Shown: positions 1 to 17,530 of the stretch, piece by piece
Numbering within the stretch: the stretch's first letter is position 1
How the letters are laid out: each line of letters begins with the position of its first letter
Assembly: GCF_003334765.1 (NCBI RefSeq)
Contig: NZ_QOWT01000019.1
Strand: one strand, 5' to 3'
Source: Escherichia coli
GTDB taxonomy: Bacteria > Pseudomonadota > Gammaproteobacteria > Enterobacterales > Enterobacteriaceae
Length of the DNA stretch: 64,000 nt
Program-made: the position numbers and the translations under genes
Notes under the pieces: model-generated
The model's database searches: none
What the model saw: only the letters and a program-made list of their open reading frames with translations
What the model was told of the DNA's origin: nothing

Positions 1-75
1 TTATCGTGAGAGTAATTCATCGGCACGTTAAATCATATCAGGCGTAATACCACAACCCTTAAGTTAGCGCTTATG
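1..75. mobile_element. Terminal segment of an IS186-like insertion sequence (element continues beyond the left window edge)
   Basis: Bases ~51-75 read CAACCCTTAAGTTAGCGCTTATG, which I recognise as the IS186 terminal inverted repeat; it abuts GGGATGTTTCCCCCAC, the GC-rich palindromic IS186 hotspot in the lon promoter. Recalled from memory, not searched. Confidence 0.55.
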
Positions 76-91
76 GGATGTTTCCCCCACA

Positions 92-104
92 TTCAACGCC
101 GAGA
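92..104 (-). promoter_or_regulatory. Remnant -35 region of the lon sigma32 heat-shock promoter, separated from its -10 by the insertion
   Basis: Minus strand reads TCTCGGCGTTGAA followed by GTGGGGGAAACATCCC; the expected CCCCATATA -10 is replaced by IS-like sequence. Confidence 0.4.
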
Positions 105-111
105 ATAGAGG

Positions 112-145
112 AAAAATTAAAGGGGAGATAAAATCCCCCCTTTTT
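112..145 (-). terminator. Intrinsic terminator downstream of clpX (hairpin usable in both directions)
   Basis: GGGGAGATAAAATCCCC stem-loop flanked by an A-tract on one side and T5 on the other, 30-60 bp past the clpX stop. Confidence 0.6.
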
Positions 146-173
146 GGTTAACTAATTGTATGGGAATGGTTAA

Positions 174-1448
174 TTATTCACCAGATGCCTGTTGCGCTTC
201 CGGCTTGCCATAAATCAGCAACGGTTTGCTTTGACCATCAATTACCGACTCGTCGATAACCACTTTTTCGACGTCTTCCATGGACGGCAGATCGTACATG
301 GTATCGAGCAGTGCGGCTTCTACGATGGAACGCAGGCCACGGGCACCGGTTTTACGCGCCATCGCTTTCTTAGCGATAGCATCCAGCGCCTCGTCACGGA
401 ATTCCAGATCCACGCCTTCCAGATTAAACAGCGCCTGATACTGCTTGGTCAGGGCGTTTTTCGGCTCTTTGAGGATCTGAATCAGAGCTTCTTCGCTCAG
501 TTCATTCAACGTTGCGACAACCGGCAGACGACCAATAAACTCAGGGATAAGACCAAACTTGATCAGATCTTCCGGTTCAACCTGCGCCAGCAGCTCGCCT
601 TCGCTTGCTTTGTCGGACTTCGCTTTTACCGTCGCGCCAAAACCAATGCCGGAGCCGGTTTCTACACGGTGGGAAATCACTTTATCCAGACCGGCAAACG
701 CACCGCCACAAATAAACAGGATCTTAGAGGTATCAACCTGCAAGAATTCCTGCTGCGGATGTTTACGCCCACCTTGCGGTGGAACAGCAGCTACCGTACC
801 TTCGATCAGTTTCAACAGTGCCTGCTGTACGCCTTCACCGGAAACGTCTCGGGTAATGGACGGGTTGTCTGACTTACGAGAAATCTTGTCGATTTCATCG
901 ATGTAGACAATACCACGCTGTGCTTTCTGGACATCGTAGTCGCATTTCTGCAACAGCTTCTGAATGATGTTTTCAACGTCTTCACCCACATAACCGGCTT
1001 CGGTCAGTGTAGTCGCGTCGGCCATGGTGAACGGAACATCCAGCAGGCGCGCCAGCGTTTCAGCCAGCAGCGTTTTACCGGAACCGGTCGGACCGATCAG
1101 CAGAATGTTACTTTTGCCCAACTCGACGCCATTGCTGGTATCGCCGTTGCGCAGACGTTTGTAATGGTTGTATACCGCGACCGCCAGCACTTTTTTCGCC
1201 TGTTCCTGGCCGATAACGTAATCGTCCAGGTGGTTGCGAATTTCATGCGGCGTCGGTAGCGCACTGCGTTCACGATGCGGTGCAACTTCTTTAATCTCTT
1301 CGCGAATGATGTCGTTACATAAATCAACACATTCGTCGCAGATATACACGGATGGACCGGCAATCAGCTTGCGCACTTCATGCTGGCTTTTGCCGCAAAA
1401 AGAGCAATACAGCAATTTGCCTGAGCCATCTTTGCGTTTATCTGTCAT
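174..1448 (-). CDS. clpX: ATP-dependent Clp protease ATP-binding subunit ClpX
   Basis: 424-aa ORF; N-terminal zinc-binding cysteines (CSFCGK...CDEC), Walker A GPTGSGKT; directly downstream of clpP. Confidence 0.97.
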
Positions 1449-1573
1449 GGGTCAAAACCTCTTCTTTGTTCTTTGTGCCGCACACGACGACGCAAATGCC
1501 ATTCTCAGGCGCAAGCCGCTTACAGCGTTGTGCCGCCCTGGATAAGTATAGCGGCACAGTTGCGCCTCTGGCA

Positions 1574-2197
1574 TCAATTACGATGGGTCAGAATCGAATC
1601 GACCAGACCGTATTCCACCGCTTCAGGGGCGGAAAGGAAGCGATCGCGCTCGGTATCACGTTCAATCTGTTCTAATGATTGACCCGTATGAAGCGCCATA
1701 AGTTCATTCATGCGCCCTTTAACTTTCAGAATTTCACGGGCATGAATTTCGATATCGGTCGCCTGGCCCTGGTAGCCGCCCAACGGTTGGTGAATCATCA
1801 CGCGCGAATTCGGCAGGCAAAAACGTTTACCTTTTGCCCCTGCGGTCAGCAAGAAAGCGCCCATCGAGGCCGCCTGGCCCATACAGATGGTGCTGACATC
1901 AGGCTTGATAAACTGCATGGTGTCATAGATAGACATCCCGGCAGTGATCACCCCGCCTGGGGAGTTAATGTACAGATAGATATCTTTTTCTGGGTTTTCC
2001 GCTTCCAGGAACAGCATCTGCGCCACAATCAGGTTAGCCATGTGGTCTTCAACCTGGCCAGTCAGAAAAATGACGCGTTCCTTAAGTAGACGAGAATAGA
2101 TATCAAAAGAGCGCTCACCGCGTGAGGTCTGTTCAATGACCATCGGCACCAGCGCCATATGGGGTGCAAAGTTATCTCGTTCGCCGCTGTATGACAT
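1574..2197 (-). CDS. clpP: ATP-dependent Clp protease proteolytic subunit ClpP
   Basis: 207-aa ORF; serine protease motif GQAASMGA; clpP-clpX operon arrangement. Confidence 0.97.
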   Translation of the reverse strand: MSYSGERDNFAPHMALVPMVIEQTSRGERSFDIYSRLLKERVIFLTGQVEDHMANLIVAQMLFLEAENPEKDIYLYINSPGGVITAGMSIYDTMQFIKPDVSTICMGQAASMGAFLLTAGAKGKRFCLPNSRVMIHQPLGGYQGQATDIEIHAREILKVKGRMNELMALHTGQSLEQIERDTERDRFLSAPEAVEYGLVDSILTHRN

Positions 2198-2275
2198 TTC
2201 CGTCTCCTGGATAAAATTGAAAAAACCTGCTGTACCGATTGTAACCTTATGGACGGATTATCAGCTAGTCCCTGT

Positions 2276-2306
2276 GTTATGGGTACGGCATCACCATATT
2301 TCAAGC
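2276..2306 (-). promoter_or_regulatory. Candidate sigma32 heat-shock promoter of clpP
   Basis: Minus strand reads CTTGAAA, ~15 nt spacer, CCCATAAC, about 80-110 nt upstream of the clpP start; matches the sigma32 consensus. Confidence 0.5.
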
Positions 2307-2376
2307 ATAACAATCTTTTGTTGTTACGCTAACACCGAAAGAGGCTTTTCGCACGGTTCCATGCAAAATTCATGAC

Positions 2377-2408
2377 AAAAAAAAGCCCACCACCTGGCGG
2401 TGACGGGC
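2377..2408 (-). terminator. Intrinsic terminator downstream of tig
   Basis: GC-rich imperfect hairpin (GCCCGTCACC/GGTGGTGGGC) followed by T8 on the minus strand, ~35 nt past the tig stop. Confidence 0.7.
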
Positions 2409-2442
2409 CTTTGTGCGAATTTAGCGCGTTATGCTGCGTAAA

Positions 2443-3750
<1,308 letters not shown>

Positions 3751-4001
3751 TCAAAAAATCACAGTGCTCGGTCAACTCTTACCCCGCAAGCACAGGTTGT
3801 TGGCTTCGCGGAACCGGGATGTTCTTATAATCAATCACATTCCCTGTTACCAGAATCATCCCGAAAGCATTCAAATAGGACGCGGCATTATAGCGGCATC
3901 ACTTTTATGAGTCGAGAACGGTTATTGCGCGCTGTCGCGTATTTTTTCACAATTCCCGGGCAATTTTCGTCTGAATGCTGGGCAAAAAGCGCAAAATCCA
4001 G

Positions 4002-4027
4002 ACAAAACAAAACGGCCCGCAGGCCGT
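4002..4027 (-). terminator. Intrinsic terminator downstream of bolA
   Basis: ACGGCCCGCAGGCCGT hairpin followed by a T-rich run on the minus strand, ~60 nt past the bolA stop. Confidence 0.65.
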
Positions 4028-4084
4028 TTTTCATAAAATCTTTAGCAACATACTGGAAAAGCGCCGACAGTTGCAAATGCGTTT

Positions 4085-4402
4085 TTACGCGATGCTTCCT
4101 GCTCCACGACAGGGAGGAGAGGCAAAGACGGTGTCCTGCAACCCTTCCCACTCCTTAATAGTGTAAGTATGCAGAGCCAGCGCATGAACGGTAGTAGAGA
4201 GTTCCTCCGCTAAAGTACTGTAAATCATTCGATGACGATTCAGAAAACGTTCACCCGTAAAACGATCGCTGACCAGCACAACTTTAAAATGGCTTTCAGA
4301 GCCGGCTGGGACATTGTGACGATAGCTTTCATCCACTACTTCGAGGAATACGGGTTGGAACGCCGCCCTTAATTTTTCTTCTATCCGCTCACGTATCATC
4401 AT
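4085..4402 (-). CDS. bolA: DNA-binding transcriptional regulator BolA
   Basis: 105-aa product starting [10 protein letters not shown]; start placed at the internal ATG of the 116-aa track ORF. Confidence 0.9.
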
Positions 4403-4706
4403 GAAATATCTCCTCCGACAACGCTGAGATGTCATCCATCCCTTTAAATACTAGCCGCTTTTACCGTTTCCATTGCAGCTTAACAACAAATATTTAGGTT
4501 TCGTCCTGGTTTTTCCGTCAAGCGTATGAAGTTTACTGATTTAAAGATTGAAACACAGGCCTCGCATCAGTGTTTCTTTTACCAGGGGCGATTATTTCGT
4601 CAACATGATGAATTTACATGCCTTACCCACTTCCCCTCGCCGTTGGCAATGTTATGATGGCGGGAATTTTTACCAAACACGCTTAAGAGTCTCTGAGAGC
4701 CCGAAC

Positions 4707-5285
4707 ATGTTCAAAAAAATCCTCTTCCCGTTAGTTGCTCTGTTTATGCTTGCAGGATGCGCAAAACCGCCAACAACTATTGAAGTTTCCCCGACGATTA
4801 CACTGCCACAGCAGGATCCAAGCCTGATGGGCGTCACCGTAAGCATTAATGGTGCCGATCAGCGTACCGATCAGGCGCTGGCAAAAGTCACCCGCGATAA
4901 TCAAATCGTTACCCTGACCGCCTCCCGCGATCTGCGTTTCCTGCTGCAAGAAGTGCTGGAAAAACAGATGACCGCGCGTGGTTACATGGTTGGTCCGAAT
5001 GGCCCGGTTAATCTGCAAATCATCGTTAGCCAACTGTATGCTGACGTGTCCCAGGGCAACGTGCGCTACAACATCGCGACCAAAGCGGATATCGCCATCA
5101 TCGCTACCGCGCAGAATGGCAACAAAATGACCAAAAACTATCGTGCCAGCTACAACGTTGAAGGTGCGTTCCAGGCCTCCAACAAAAATATCGCCGATGC
5201 GGTTAACAGTGTGCTGACCGATACCATCGCTGATATGTCTCAGGACACCAGCATCCACGAATTCATCAAGCAGAACGCGCGTTAA
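4707..5285 (+). CDS. yajG: Lipoprotein YajG
   Basis: 192-aa product from the internal ATG at 4707 (MFKKILFPLVALFMLAGC); signal peptide with lipobox LAGC. Confidence 0.9.
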   Translation: MFKKILFPLVALFMLAGCAKPPTTIEVSPTITLPQQDPSLMGVTVSINGADQRTDQALAKVTRDNQIVTLTASRDLRFLLQEVLEKQMTARGYMVGPNGPVNLQIIVSQLYADVSQGNVRYNIATKADIAIIATAQNGNKMTKNYRASYNVEGAFQASNKNIADAVNSVLTDTIADMSQDTSIHEFIKQNAR

Positions 5286-5328
5286 TTTCTGCCCTCTGGC
5301 CCGGTGCAAGCCGGGCCTGTAGACGCCC

Positions 5329-6804
5329 ATGTCCAGTCAATATTTACGTATTTTTCAACAGCCGCGTTCAGCCATATTGCTGATCCTGGGTTTTGCTTCC
5401 GGGCTACCGCTCGCCCTGACATCCGGTACCTTACAGGCCTGGATGACGGTCGAGAATATTGATCTCAAAACCATTGGTTTCTTCTCTCTGGTAGGCCAGG
5501 CTTACGTTTTTAAATTCCTCTGGTCACCGCTGATGGACCGCTACACGCCTCCATTTTTTGGGCGGCGACGCGGTTGGCTGCTCGCCACGCAAATCCTGTT
5601 ATTAGTCGCCATTGCGGCGATGGGTTTTCTCGAACCAGGCACCCAACTCCGCTGGATGGCGGCGCTGGCGGTGGTGATCGCTTTTTGCTCTGCCTCCCAG
5701 GATATTGTCTTCGATGCGTGGAAAACCGATGTGCTCCCGGCAGAAGAACGTGGTGCGGGCGCGGCAATCAGCGTTCTGGGTTACCGTTTAGGGATGCTGG
5801 TTTCCGGCGGCCTAGCCCTGTGGCTGGCAGATAAATGGCTGGGCTGGCAGGGCATGTACTGGTTGATGGCGGCGCTGTTGATCCCCTGTATTATCGCGAC
5901 GTTGCTTGCACCAGAACCGACCGACACCATTCCTGTGCCAAAAACGCTGGAACAAGCGGTTGTTGCACCTCTGCGAGATTTCTTTGGTCGCAATAATGCC
6001 TGGCTTATTTTGCTTCTTATCGTGCTGTATAAGCTGGGCGACGCATTCGCCATGAGCCTGACAACCACGTTTTTGATTCGCGGCGTCGGGTTTGATGCGG
6101 GTGAAGTAGGCGTGGTTAACAAAACGCTTGGCTTACTAGCGACCATTGTTGGCGCATTGTACGGTGGGATTTTGATGCAGCGCCTGTCACTGTTCCGGGC
6201 ACTGCTGATTTTCGGCATTTTACAAGGTGCGTCTAACGCCGGTTACTGGCTGCTGTCGATTACTGATAAGCATCTCTACAGCATGGGCGCAGCCGTCTTT
6301 TTCGAAAACCTCTGTGGCGGGATGGGCACATCAGCCTTTGTCGCGCTGTTAATGACGCTATGTAATAAGTCATTTTCCGCTACTCAATTTGCCCTGCTCT
6401 CAGCGCTTTCTGCTGTAGGGCGAGTTTATGTCGGCCCCGTGGCGGGTTGGTTTGTTGAAGCACACGGCTGGTCGACATTCTATCTATTCTCCGTCGCCGC
6501 TGCCGTACCAGGGCTTATTTTGCTGCTGGTTTGCCGCCAGACGCTTGAATATACACGAGTAAATGACAACTTTATCTCCCGTACCGCATATCCGGCAGGT
6601 TATGCCTTTGCCATGTGGACACTGGCGGCGGGCGTCAGCCTGTTGGCCGTGTGGTTACTGCTATTGACGATGGACGCGCTGGATTTGACGCACTTCTCTT
6701 TCCTGCCTGCTCTGCTGGAAGTCGGGGTTTTAGTCGCCCTTTCTGGCGTCGTGCTTGGTGGTTTGCTGGATTATCTGGCGCTACGAAAAACGCATCTGAC
6801 GTAA
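5329..6804 (+). CDS. ampG: Anhydromuropeptide permease AmpG (MFS transporter)
   Basis: 491-aa polytopic membrane protein; immediately downstream of yajG. Confidence 0.95.
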   Translation: MSSQYLRIFQQPRSAILLILGFASGLPLALTSGTLQAWMTVENIDLKTIGFFSLVGQAYVFKFLWSPLMDRYTPPFFGRRRGWLLATQILLLVAIAAMGFLEPGTQLRWMAALAVVIAFCSASQDIVFDAWKTDVLPAEERGAGAAISVLGYRLGMLVSGGLALWLADKWLGWQGMYWLMAALLIPCIIATLLAPEPTDTIPVPKTLEQAVVAPLRDFFGRNNAWLILLLIVLYKLGDAFAMSLTTTFLIRGVGFDAGEVGVVNKTLGLLATIVGALYGGILMQRLSLFRALLIFGILQGASNAGYWLLSITDKHLYSMGAAVFFENLCGGMGTSAFVALLMTLCNKSFSATQFALLSALSAVGRVYVGPVAGWFVEAHGWSTFYLFSVAAAVPGLILLLVCRQTLEYTRVNDNFISRTAYPAGYAFAMWTLAAGVSLLAVWLLLLTMDALDLTHFSFLPALLEVGVLVALSGVVLGGLLDYLALRKTHLT

Positions 6805-7260
6805 TCTGTAAATATTATTTAGCTGTAGTAATCACTCGCCGTAATTATTACGGCTAAATAAACATCAGTATCGCTTATTAATATTTGTTCTTTTGTGCGG
6901 CTTAGCGTTTGGAAATTATTGGCGCCATTTATAAATTCTATTTTTCTTACACGATTCAGCTAATGAGTCTTTATTTTCTCATCACCCAGTTGTCACTCTA
7001 ATGATAATTATTTGTTAAATAATTGTTTTATTTCACATTGGTTATACCAATTGCCCGCCCAGACTCCTTCAGCACTCCCCTTTTGTTATAACGCCCTTTT
7101 GCAACAGCTTCTTAAAATCAACCTGATATGTTTTGCAACATATGTGACCTGGCAGCCAAATCCAAGTAACAGGAATTTAATCATGTTTACAGTAATGTAA
7201 CCTTCCCGTAAAATGCCCACACACTTTAAACGCCACCAGATCCCGTGGAATTGAGGTCGT

Positions 7261-8211
<951 letters not shown>

Positions 8212-8220
8212 AGGGGTTGA

Positions 8221-11157
<2,937 letters not shown>

Positions 11158-11168
11158 GAGCGGCGGTT

Positions 11169-12059
11169 ATGATGTTTAAGCAATACCTGCAAGTAACGAA
11201 ACCAGGCATCATCTTTGGCAACCTGATCTCGGTGATTGGGGGATTCCTGCTGGCCTCAAAGGGCAGCATTGATTATCCCCTGTTTATCTACACGCTGGTT
11301 GGGGTGTCACTGGTTGTGGCGTCGGGTTGTGTGTTTAACAACTACATCGACAGGGATATCGACAGAAAGATGGAAAGGACGAAGAATCGGGTGCTGGTGA
11401 AAGGCCTGATCTCTCCTGCTGTCTCGCTGGTGTACGCCACGTTGCTGGGTATTGCTGGCTTTATGCTGCTGTGGTTTGGCGCGAATCCGCTGGCCTGCTG
11501 GCTGGGGGTGATGGGCTTTGTGGTTTATGTCGGCGTTTATAGCCTGTACATGAAACGCCACTCTGTCTACGGCACGTTGATTGGTTCGCTCTCCGGCGCT
11601 GCGCCGCCGGTGATCGGCTACTGTGCGGTAACCGGTGAGTTCGATAGCGGCGCAGCGATCCTGCTGGCTATCTTCAGCCTGTGGCAGATGCCTCACTCCT
11701 ATGCCATCGCCATTTTCCGCTTTAAGGATTACCAGGCGGCAAACATTCCGGTATTGCCAGTGGTAAAAGGCATTTCGGTGGCGAAGAATCACATCACGCT
11801 GTATATCATCGCCTTTGCCGTTGCCACGCTGATGCTCTCTCTTGGCGGTTACGCTGGGTATAAATATCTGGTGGTCGCCGCGGCGGTTAGCGTCTGGTGG
11901 TTAGGTATGGCTCTGCGCGGTTATAAAGTTGCTGATGACAGAATCTGGGCGCGCAAGCTGTTCGGCTTCTCTATCATCGCCATCACTGCCCTCTCGGTGA
12001 TGATGTCCGTTGATTTTATGGTACCGGACTCGCATACGCTGCTGGCTGCTGTGTGGTAA
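11169..12059 (+). CDS. cyoE: Heme O synthase (protoheme IX farnesyltransferase)
   Basis: 296-aa product starting [14 protein letters not shown]; UbiA-family membrane prenyltransferase; last gene of the cyo operon. Confidence 0.95.
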
Positions 12060-12074
12060 CAAAACCTCTCTATT

Positions 12075-12099
12075 AAAAAGGTGCTACGGCACCTTTTTT
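12075..12099 (+). terminator. Intrinsic terminator downstream of cyoE
   Basis: AAAAAGGTGCtacgGCACCTTTTTT: hairpin with flanking A and T tracts, ~15 nt after the cyoE stop. Confidence 0.7.
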
Positions 12100-12207
12100 C
12101 TTAGCATTAGAAACATATCCCTCTCGAAATATTTACTAAAAAATCCGCATGTTTACCCCATTCGTTTGCCGCTTTACACTAGTCGCGAATTTAAAACAGA
12201 GGTGGTA

Positions 12208-13572
12208 ATGAACGATTATAAAATGACGCCAGGTGAGAGGCGCGCGACCTGGGGTTTAGGGACCGTATTCTCGTTGCGCATGCTGGGCATGTTTATGGTT
12301 CTGCCGGTTCTGACCACGTACGGCATGGCTCTGCAAGGTGCCAGCGAAGCATTAATCGGTATTGCCATTGGTATTTATGGTCTGACTCAGGCCGTTTTTC
12401 AGATTCCGTTTGGCCTGCTTTCCGACCGCATTGGTCGCAAACCATTAATTGTCGGTGGGCTGGCGGTGTTTGCCGCCGGTAGCGTTATCGCTGCGCTTTC
12501 CGACTCCATCTGGGGAATTATTCTGGGCCGGGCGCTACAAGGCTCTGGAGCAATTGCCGCCGCCGTTATGGCGCTGCTTTCCGATCTCACGCGCGAACAA
12601 AACCGCACCAAAGCGATGGCGTTTATCGGCGTGAGCTTTGGCATTACCTTTGCCATTGCGATGGTGCTTGGCCCGATCATCACTCACAAACTTGGGCTGC
12701 ACGCGCTGTTCTGGATGATCGCTATTCTGGCAACGACCGGCATTGCGTTGACCATTTGGGTTGTGCCCAACAGTAGCACTCACGTACTTAATCGTGAGTC
12801 CGGAATGGTGAAAGGCAGTTTCAGTAAAGTGCTGGCGGAACCGCGGCTGCTGAAACTCAACTTTGGCATTATGTGTCTGCATATTTTGCTGATGTCGACG
12901 TTTGTTGCCCTGCCCGGACAACTGGCTGATGCAGGGTTCCCGGCGGCTGAACACTGGAAGGTCTATCTGGCGACAATGCTAATCGCCTTTGGCTCGGTCG
13001 TGCCTTTCATTATCTACGCTGAAGTTAAGCGCAAAATGAAGCAAGTCTTTGTCTTCTGCGTCGGGTTGATCGTGGTTGCGGAAATTGTGTTGTGGAACGC
13101 GCAAACGCAGTTCTGGCAACTGGTGGTCGGCGTGCAGCTTTTCTTTGTGGCGTTTAATTTGATGGAAGCCCTCCTGCCCTCACTTATCAGTAAAGAGTCG
13201 CCAGCAGGTTACAAAGGTACGGCGATGGGTGTTTACTCCACCAGCCAGTTTCTTGGCGTGGCGATTGGCGGTTCGCTGGGCGGCTGGATTAACGGCATGT
13301 TTGACGGTCAGGGGGTATTTCTCGCTGGCGCAATGCTGGCCGCAGTGTGGCTGACAGTCGCCAGTACCATGAAAGAACCGCCGTATGTCAGCAGTTTGCG
13401 CATTGAAATCCCGGCGAACATTGCCGCAAACGAGGCGTTAAAAGTGCGTTTGCTAGAAACTGAAGGCATCAAAGAAGTGTTGATTGCAGAAGAAGAACAT
13501 TCAGCTTATGTGAAAATCGACAGCAAAGTGACGAATCGCTTTGAGATAGAACAGGCAATTCGTCAGGCATAA
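12208..13572 (+). CDS. yajR: MFS transporter YajR
   Basis: 454-aa product starting MNDYKMTPGERRATWGLG; internal start of the 520-aa track ORF. Confidence 0.92.
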   Translation: MNDYKMTPGERRATWGLGTVFSLRMLGMFMVLPVLTTYGMALQGASEALIGIAIGIYGLTQAVFQIPFGLLSDRIGRKPLIVGGLAVFAAGSVIAALSDSIWGIILGRALQGSGAIAAAVMALLSDLTREQNRTKAMAFIGVSFGITFAIAMVLGPIITHKLGLHALFWMIAILATTGIALTIWVVPNSSTHVLNRESGMVKGSFSKVLAEPRLLKLNFGIMCLHILLMSTFVALPGQLADAGFPAAEHWKVYLATMLIAFGSVVPFIIYAEVKRKMKQVFVFCVGLIVVAEIVLWNAQTQFWQLVVGVQLFFVAFNLMEALLPSLISKESPAGYKGTAMGVYSTSQFLGVAIGGSLGGWINGMFDGQGVFLAGAMLAAVWLTVASTMKEPPYVSSLRIEIPANIAANEALKVRLLETEGIKEVLIAEEEHSAYVKIDSKVTNRFEIEQAIRQA

Positions 13573-13587
13573 AAAACGCGGCGAATT

Positions 13588-13677
13588 GCCTGCTGCGCTA
13601 CGCTTATCAGGCCTACAAAGTTTCTGAATTACAAACCTTTGTAGGCCGAATCAGGCGTTCATGCCGCATCTGACATG
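13588..13677. repeat. REP / BIME-type palindromic repeats between convergent yajR and yajQ
   Basis: GCCTGCTGCGCTACGCTTATCAGGCCTAC followed by an inverted REP-like unit (GTAGGCCGAATCAGGCG...). Confidence 0.6.
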
Positions 13678-13699
13678 AACAAAACGCACATAGTCGCGA

Positions 13700-14191
13700 T
13701 TAATCGCGGAAGTTTTTGAACTGGAACGGCTGACCGAGATCGCCACCACGTACCATCGCCATGACAGCCTGCAAATCATCACGAGATTTGCCCGTTACGC
13801 GGATTTCATCGCCCTGAATTTGCGCCTGCACTTTCAGTTTGCTGTCTTTGATCATCTTGACGATTTTCTTCTGGGTCGCGCTCTCAATGCCCTGTTTCAG
13901 TTTCGCTTCCACAAACCAGGTTTTACCGCTATGAACGATATTCTCCGGTACATCCAGCGAACTGCCTTCAATGCCGCGCTTCAGCAGCTTGGCACGCAGA
14001 ATATCCAGCAACTGATTGACCTGGAAATCGGACTCGCTCAACACTTTGATGGTTTTGCTGGCGTCGTTCAGCTCAAATGAGGCTTCAACGTTACGGAAGT
14101 CAAAACGGGACTCCACTTCGCGGCTCGCGTTATCGACCGCGTTACGTGCTTCCTGAAGATCAACTTCAGAGACAATATCGAAAGATGGCAT
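13700..14191 (-). CDS. yajQ: Nucleotide-binding protein YajQ (UPF0234 family)
   Basis: 163-aa product starting [19 protein letters not shown]; internal ATG of the 219-aa track ORF. Confidence 0.92.
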
Positions 14192-14269
14192 CTTTTCCTC
14201 TCCCTTCATTTTTGATGCGAAGCATAATACCCGCAAAGTTAAATAACCGACAGTCCTGCACCAGGACGT

Positions 14270-14313
14270 ATCCCTTAATTGTGCATAGTCGCAACAGCAT
14301 GCACAATTAAGGG
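14270..14313. promoter_or_regulatory. Perfect 16-bp inverted repeat with 12-bp spacer in the yajQ-panE divergent control region
   Basis: TCCCTTAATTGTGCAT-N12-ATGCACAATTAAGGGA, 46-89 nt upstream of the panE ATG; no flanking T-tract. Confidence 0.4.
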
Positions 14314-14358
14314 ATAGCCTTATTGAACACCCGGAGTGGTTGCGGGTGAGGAGGAACA

Positions 14359-15823
<1,465 letters not shown>

Positions 15824-15839
15824 TGTCGGATGCGGCAAA

Positions 15840-15863
15840 CGTCGCATCTGACCAGATGCGACG
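15840..15863. terminator. Bidirectional hairpin between convergent yajL and thiI
   Basis: Perfect palindrome CGTCGCATCTG-ac-CAGATGCGACG in the 53-bp spacer between the two stop codons; REP-like flank. Confidence 0.55.
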
Positions 15864-15876
15864 TAAAAACCACAAA

Positions 15877-17325
15877 TTACGGGCGATATACCTTCACATT
15901 GTTAAAGCCCTGCTCGCGCAGATAGAGCGCCTGCAGACGGCTCATCACCCCGCGCTCACACCACAGCAGCCAGGTTTTGTTCTGGTCGAGATCGCCAAAT
16001 TTGGTGCTCAGTTTATAGAACGGCAGAGAAACCACATCAATCCCTTCGACTTTCAGTGGCTTATCTTCCTGTTCATCGATAGAACGGATATCGAGGATCA
16101 CGTCGTTCGGGCCGAAGCCATTGACGGTTTCCACTTCCACCACTTCCTGCTCGGTCTGCTGGGCGATTTCGCGGATATCAACGTTATTCGCTTCCTCAAC
16201 CACTTTATCGAGAATGCTGAAGTCGAACTTCTCTTCTTCCGCTTCAATCTTCGATTTAACTGCTTTCACCGTCGGGCTTTTGGAGATCACACCACAATAT
16301 TCCGGCATCGTGCGAGCAAAGTCTTCGGTGCCAATCTGGCGGGCCAGGTTGATGATGTGCTCTTTGTCGTAAGAGATCAGCGGACGCAGGATCAGCGTGT
16401 CGGAGACGTTATCAATCAGGCGCAGGTTGGTCAGCGTCTGGCTGGACACCTGGCCGAGCGCTTCGCCGGTGACCAGCGCCTGTACGCCGTAACGTTCAGC
16501 CACTTTAGATGCGGCACGCACCATCATACGTTTGAGGATAACGCCCATCTGACCGTCGTCGATTTTCTCGAGAATTTCCCCGACGACCGGTTCGAAATTA
16601 ATAGCGACAAAACGCACGCGGTGGGAGCTGCCAAAGCGGTTCCACAGATAATGCGCCACCTGACGCACGCCAATTTCATGCGCCGCGCCGCCGAGGTTAA
16701 AGAAGCAGTAATGCACGCGGCAGCCGCGACGCATCAACATATAACTGGAAACACCGGAGTCGAAACCACCGGAAATGAGCGACAGCACATCTTCCTGGGT
16801 GCCGATCGGGAAACCGCCAATACCTTCGTAGCGGCCTTTAATCAGCAGGAGACGATCGTCTTCCACTTCCAGATGGACAGTCACATCCGGATTGGTCAGC
16901 TTCACGCGCGCGGATTCAATATGCTGATTTAAACCGCCGCCGACGTAACGTTCCACATCAATCGAGCTAAAATCATGTTTGCCACGGCGCTTCACGCGTA
17001 CGCAGAAGGTTTTGCCTTCCAGCTGATCGCGATACTGAACCAACGCTTTCTCGAAAATATCGTGCATGTCGGTAAACGGCACGTCTTCGACTTCGAGAAT
17101 ATGGTGGATACCCGGAATACGGGTCAGAGCGTCGCGAATAGCCAGACGCTGGTTTTCATCTTTTGCGCGAACTTCGATGTTATCCCAGTGGCGGACGACA
17201 GCGAGCGTCTCATCATAGTGCTTTAAAACGTTACGAATGTTCCCGGTAAGGATTTTTATAAAGCGCAAGCGCACAGATTGGCTTTTGATGGTGATTTCCG
17301 GGAACAATTTAATGATAAACTTCAT
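15877..17325 (-). CDS. thiI: tRNA uracil 4-sulfurtransferase ThiI
   Basis: 482-aa ORF; PP-loop motif SGGFDS; C-terminal rhodanese-like domain. Confidence 0.96.
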
Positions 17326-17530
17326 GGCGGCAATGGTTCGTTGGCAAGCCTTAAGCGACTTGTATAGGGAAAAATACAGCAGCCCACACCTGCGGCTGCA
17401 TCCAGGCGCGGAAGTATACCACTAACATCGCTTTGCTGTGCACATCACCTTACCATTGCGCGTTATTTGCTATTTGCCCTGAGTCCGTTACCATGACGGG
17501 GCGAAAAATATTGAGAGTCAGACATTCATT

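Noticed and set aside
112-145. Plus-strand reading of the clpX-spacer hairpin + T5 as the terminator of an antisense small RNA (an sRNA has been reported in the K-12 clpX-lon spacer)
   Set aside because: I cannot place a promoter for it inside the window, and the upstream region is occupied by the IS186-like end; the hairpin is already explained as the clpX terminator.
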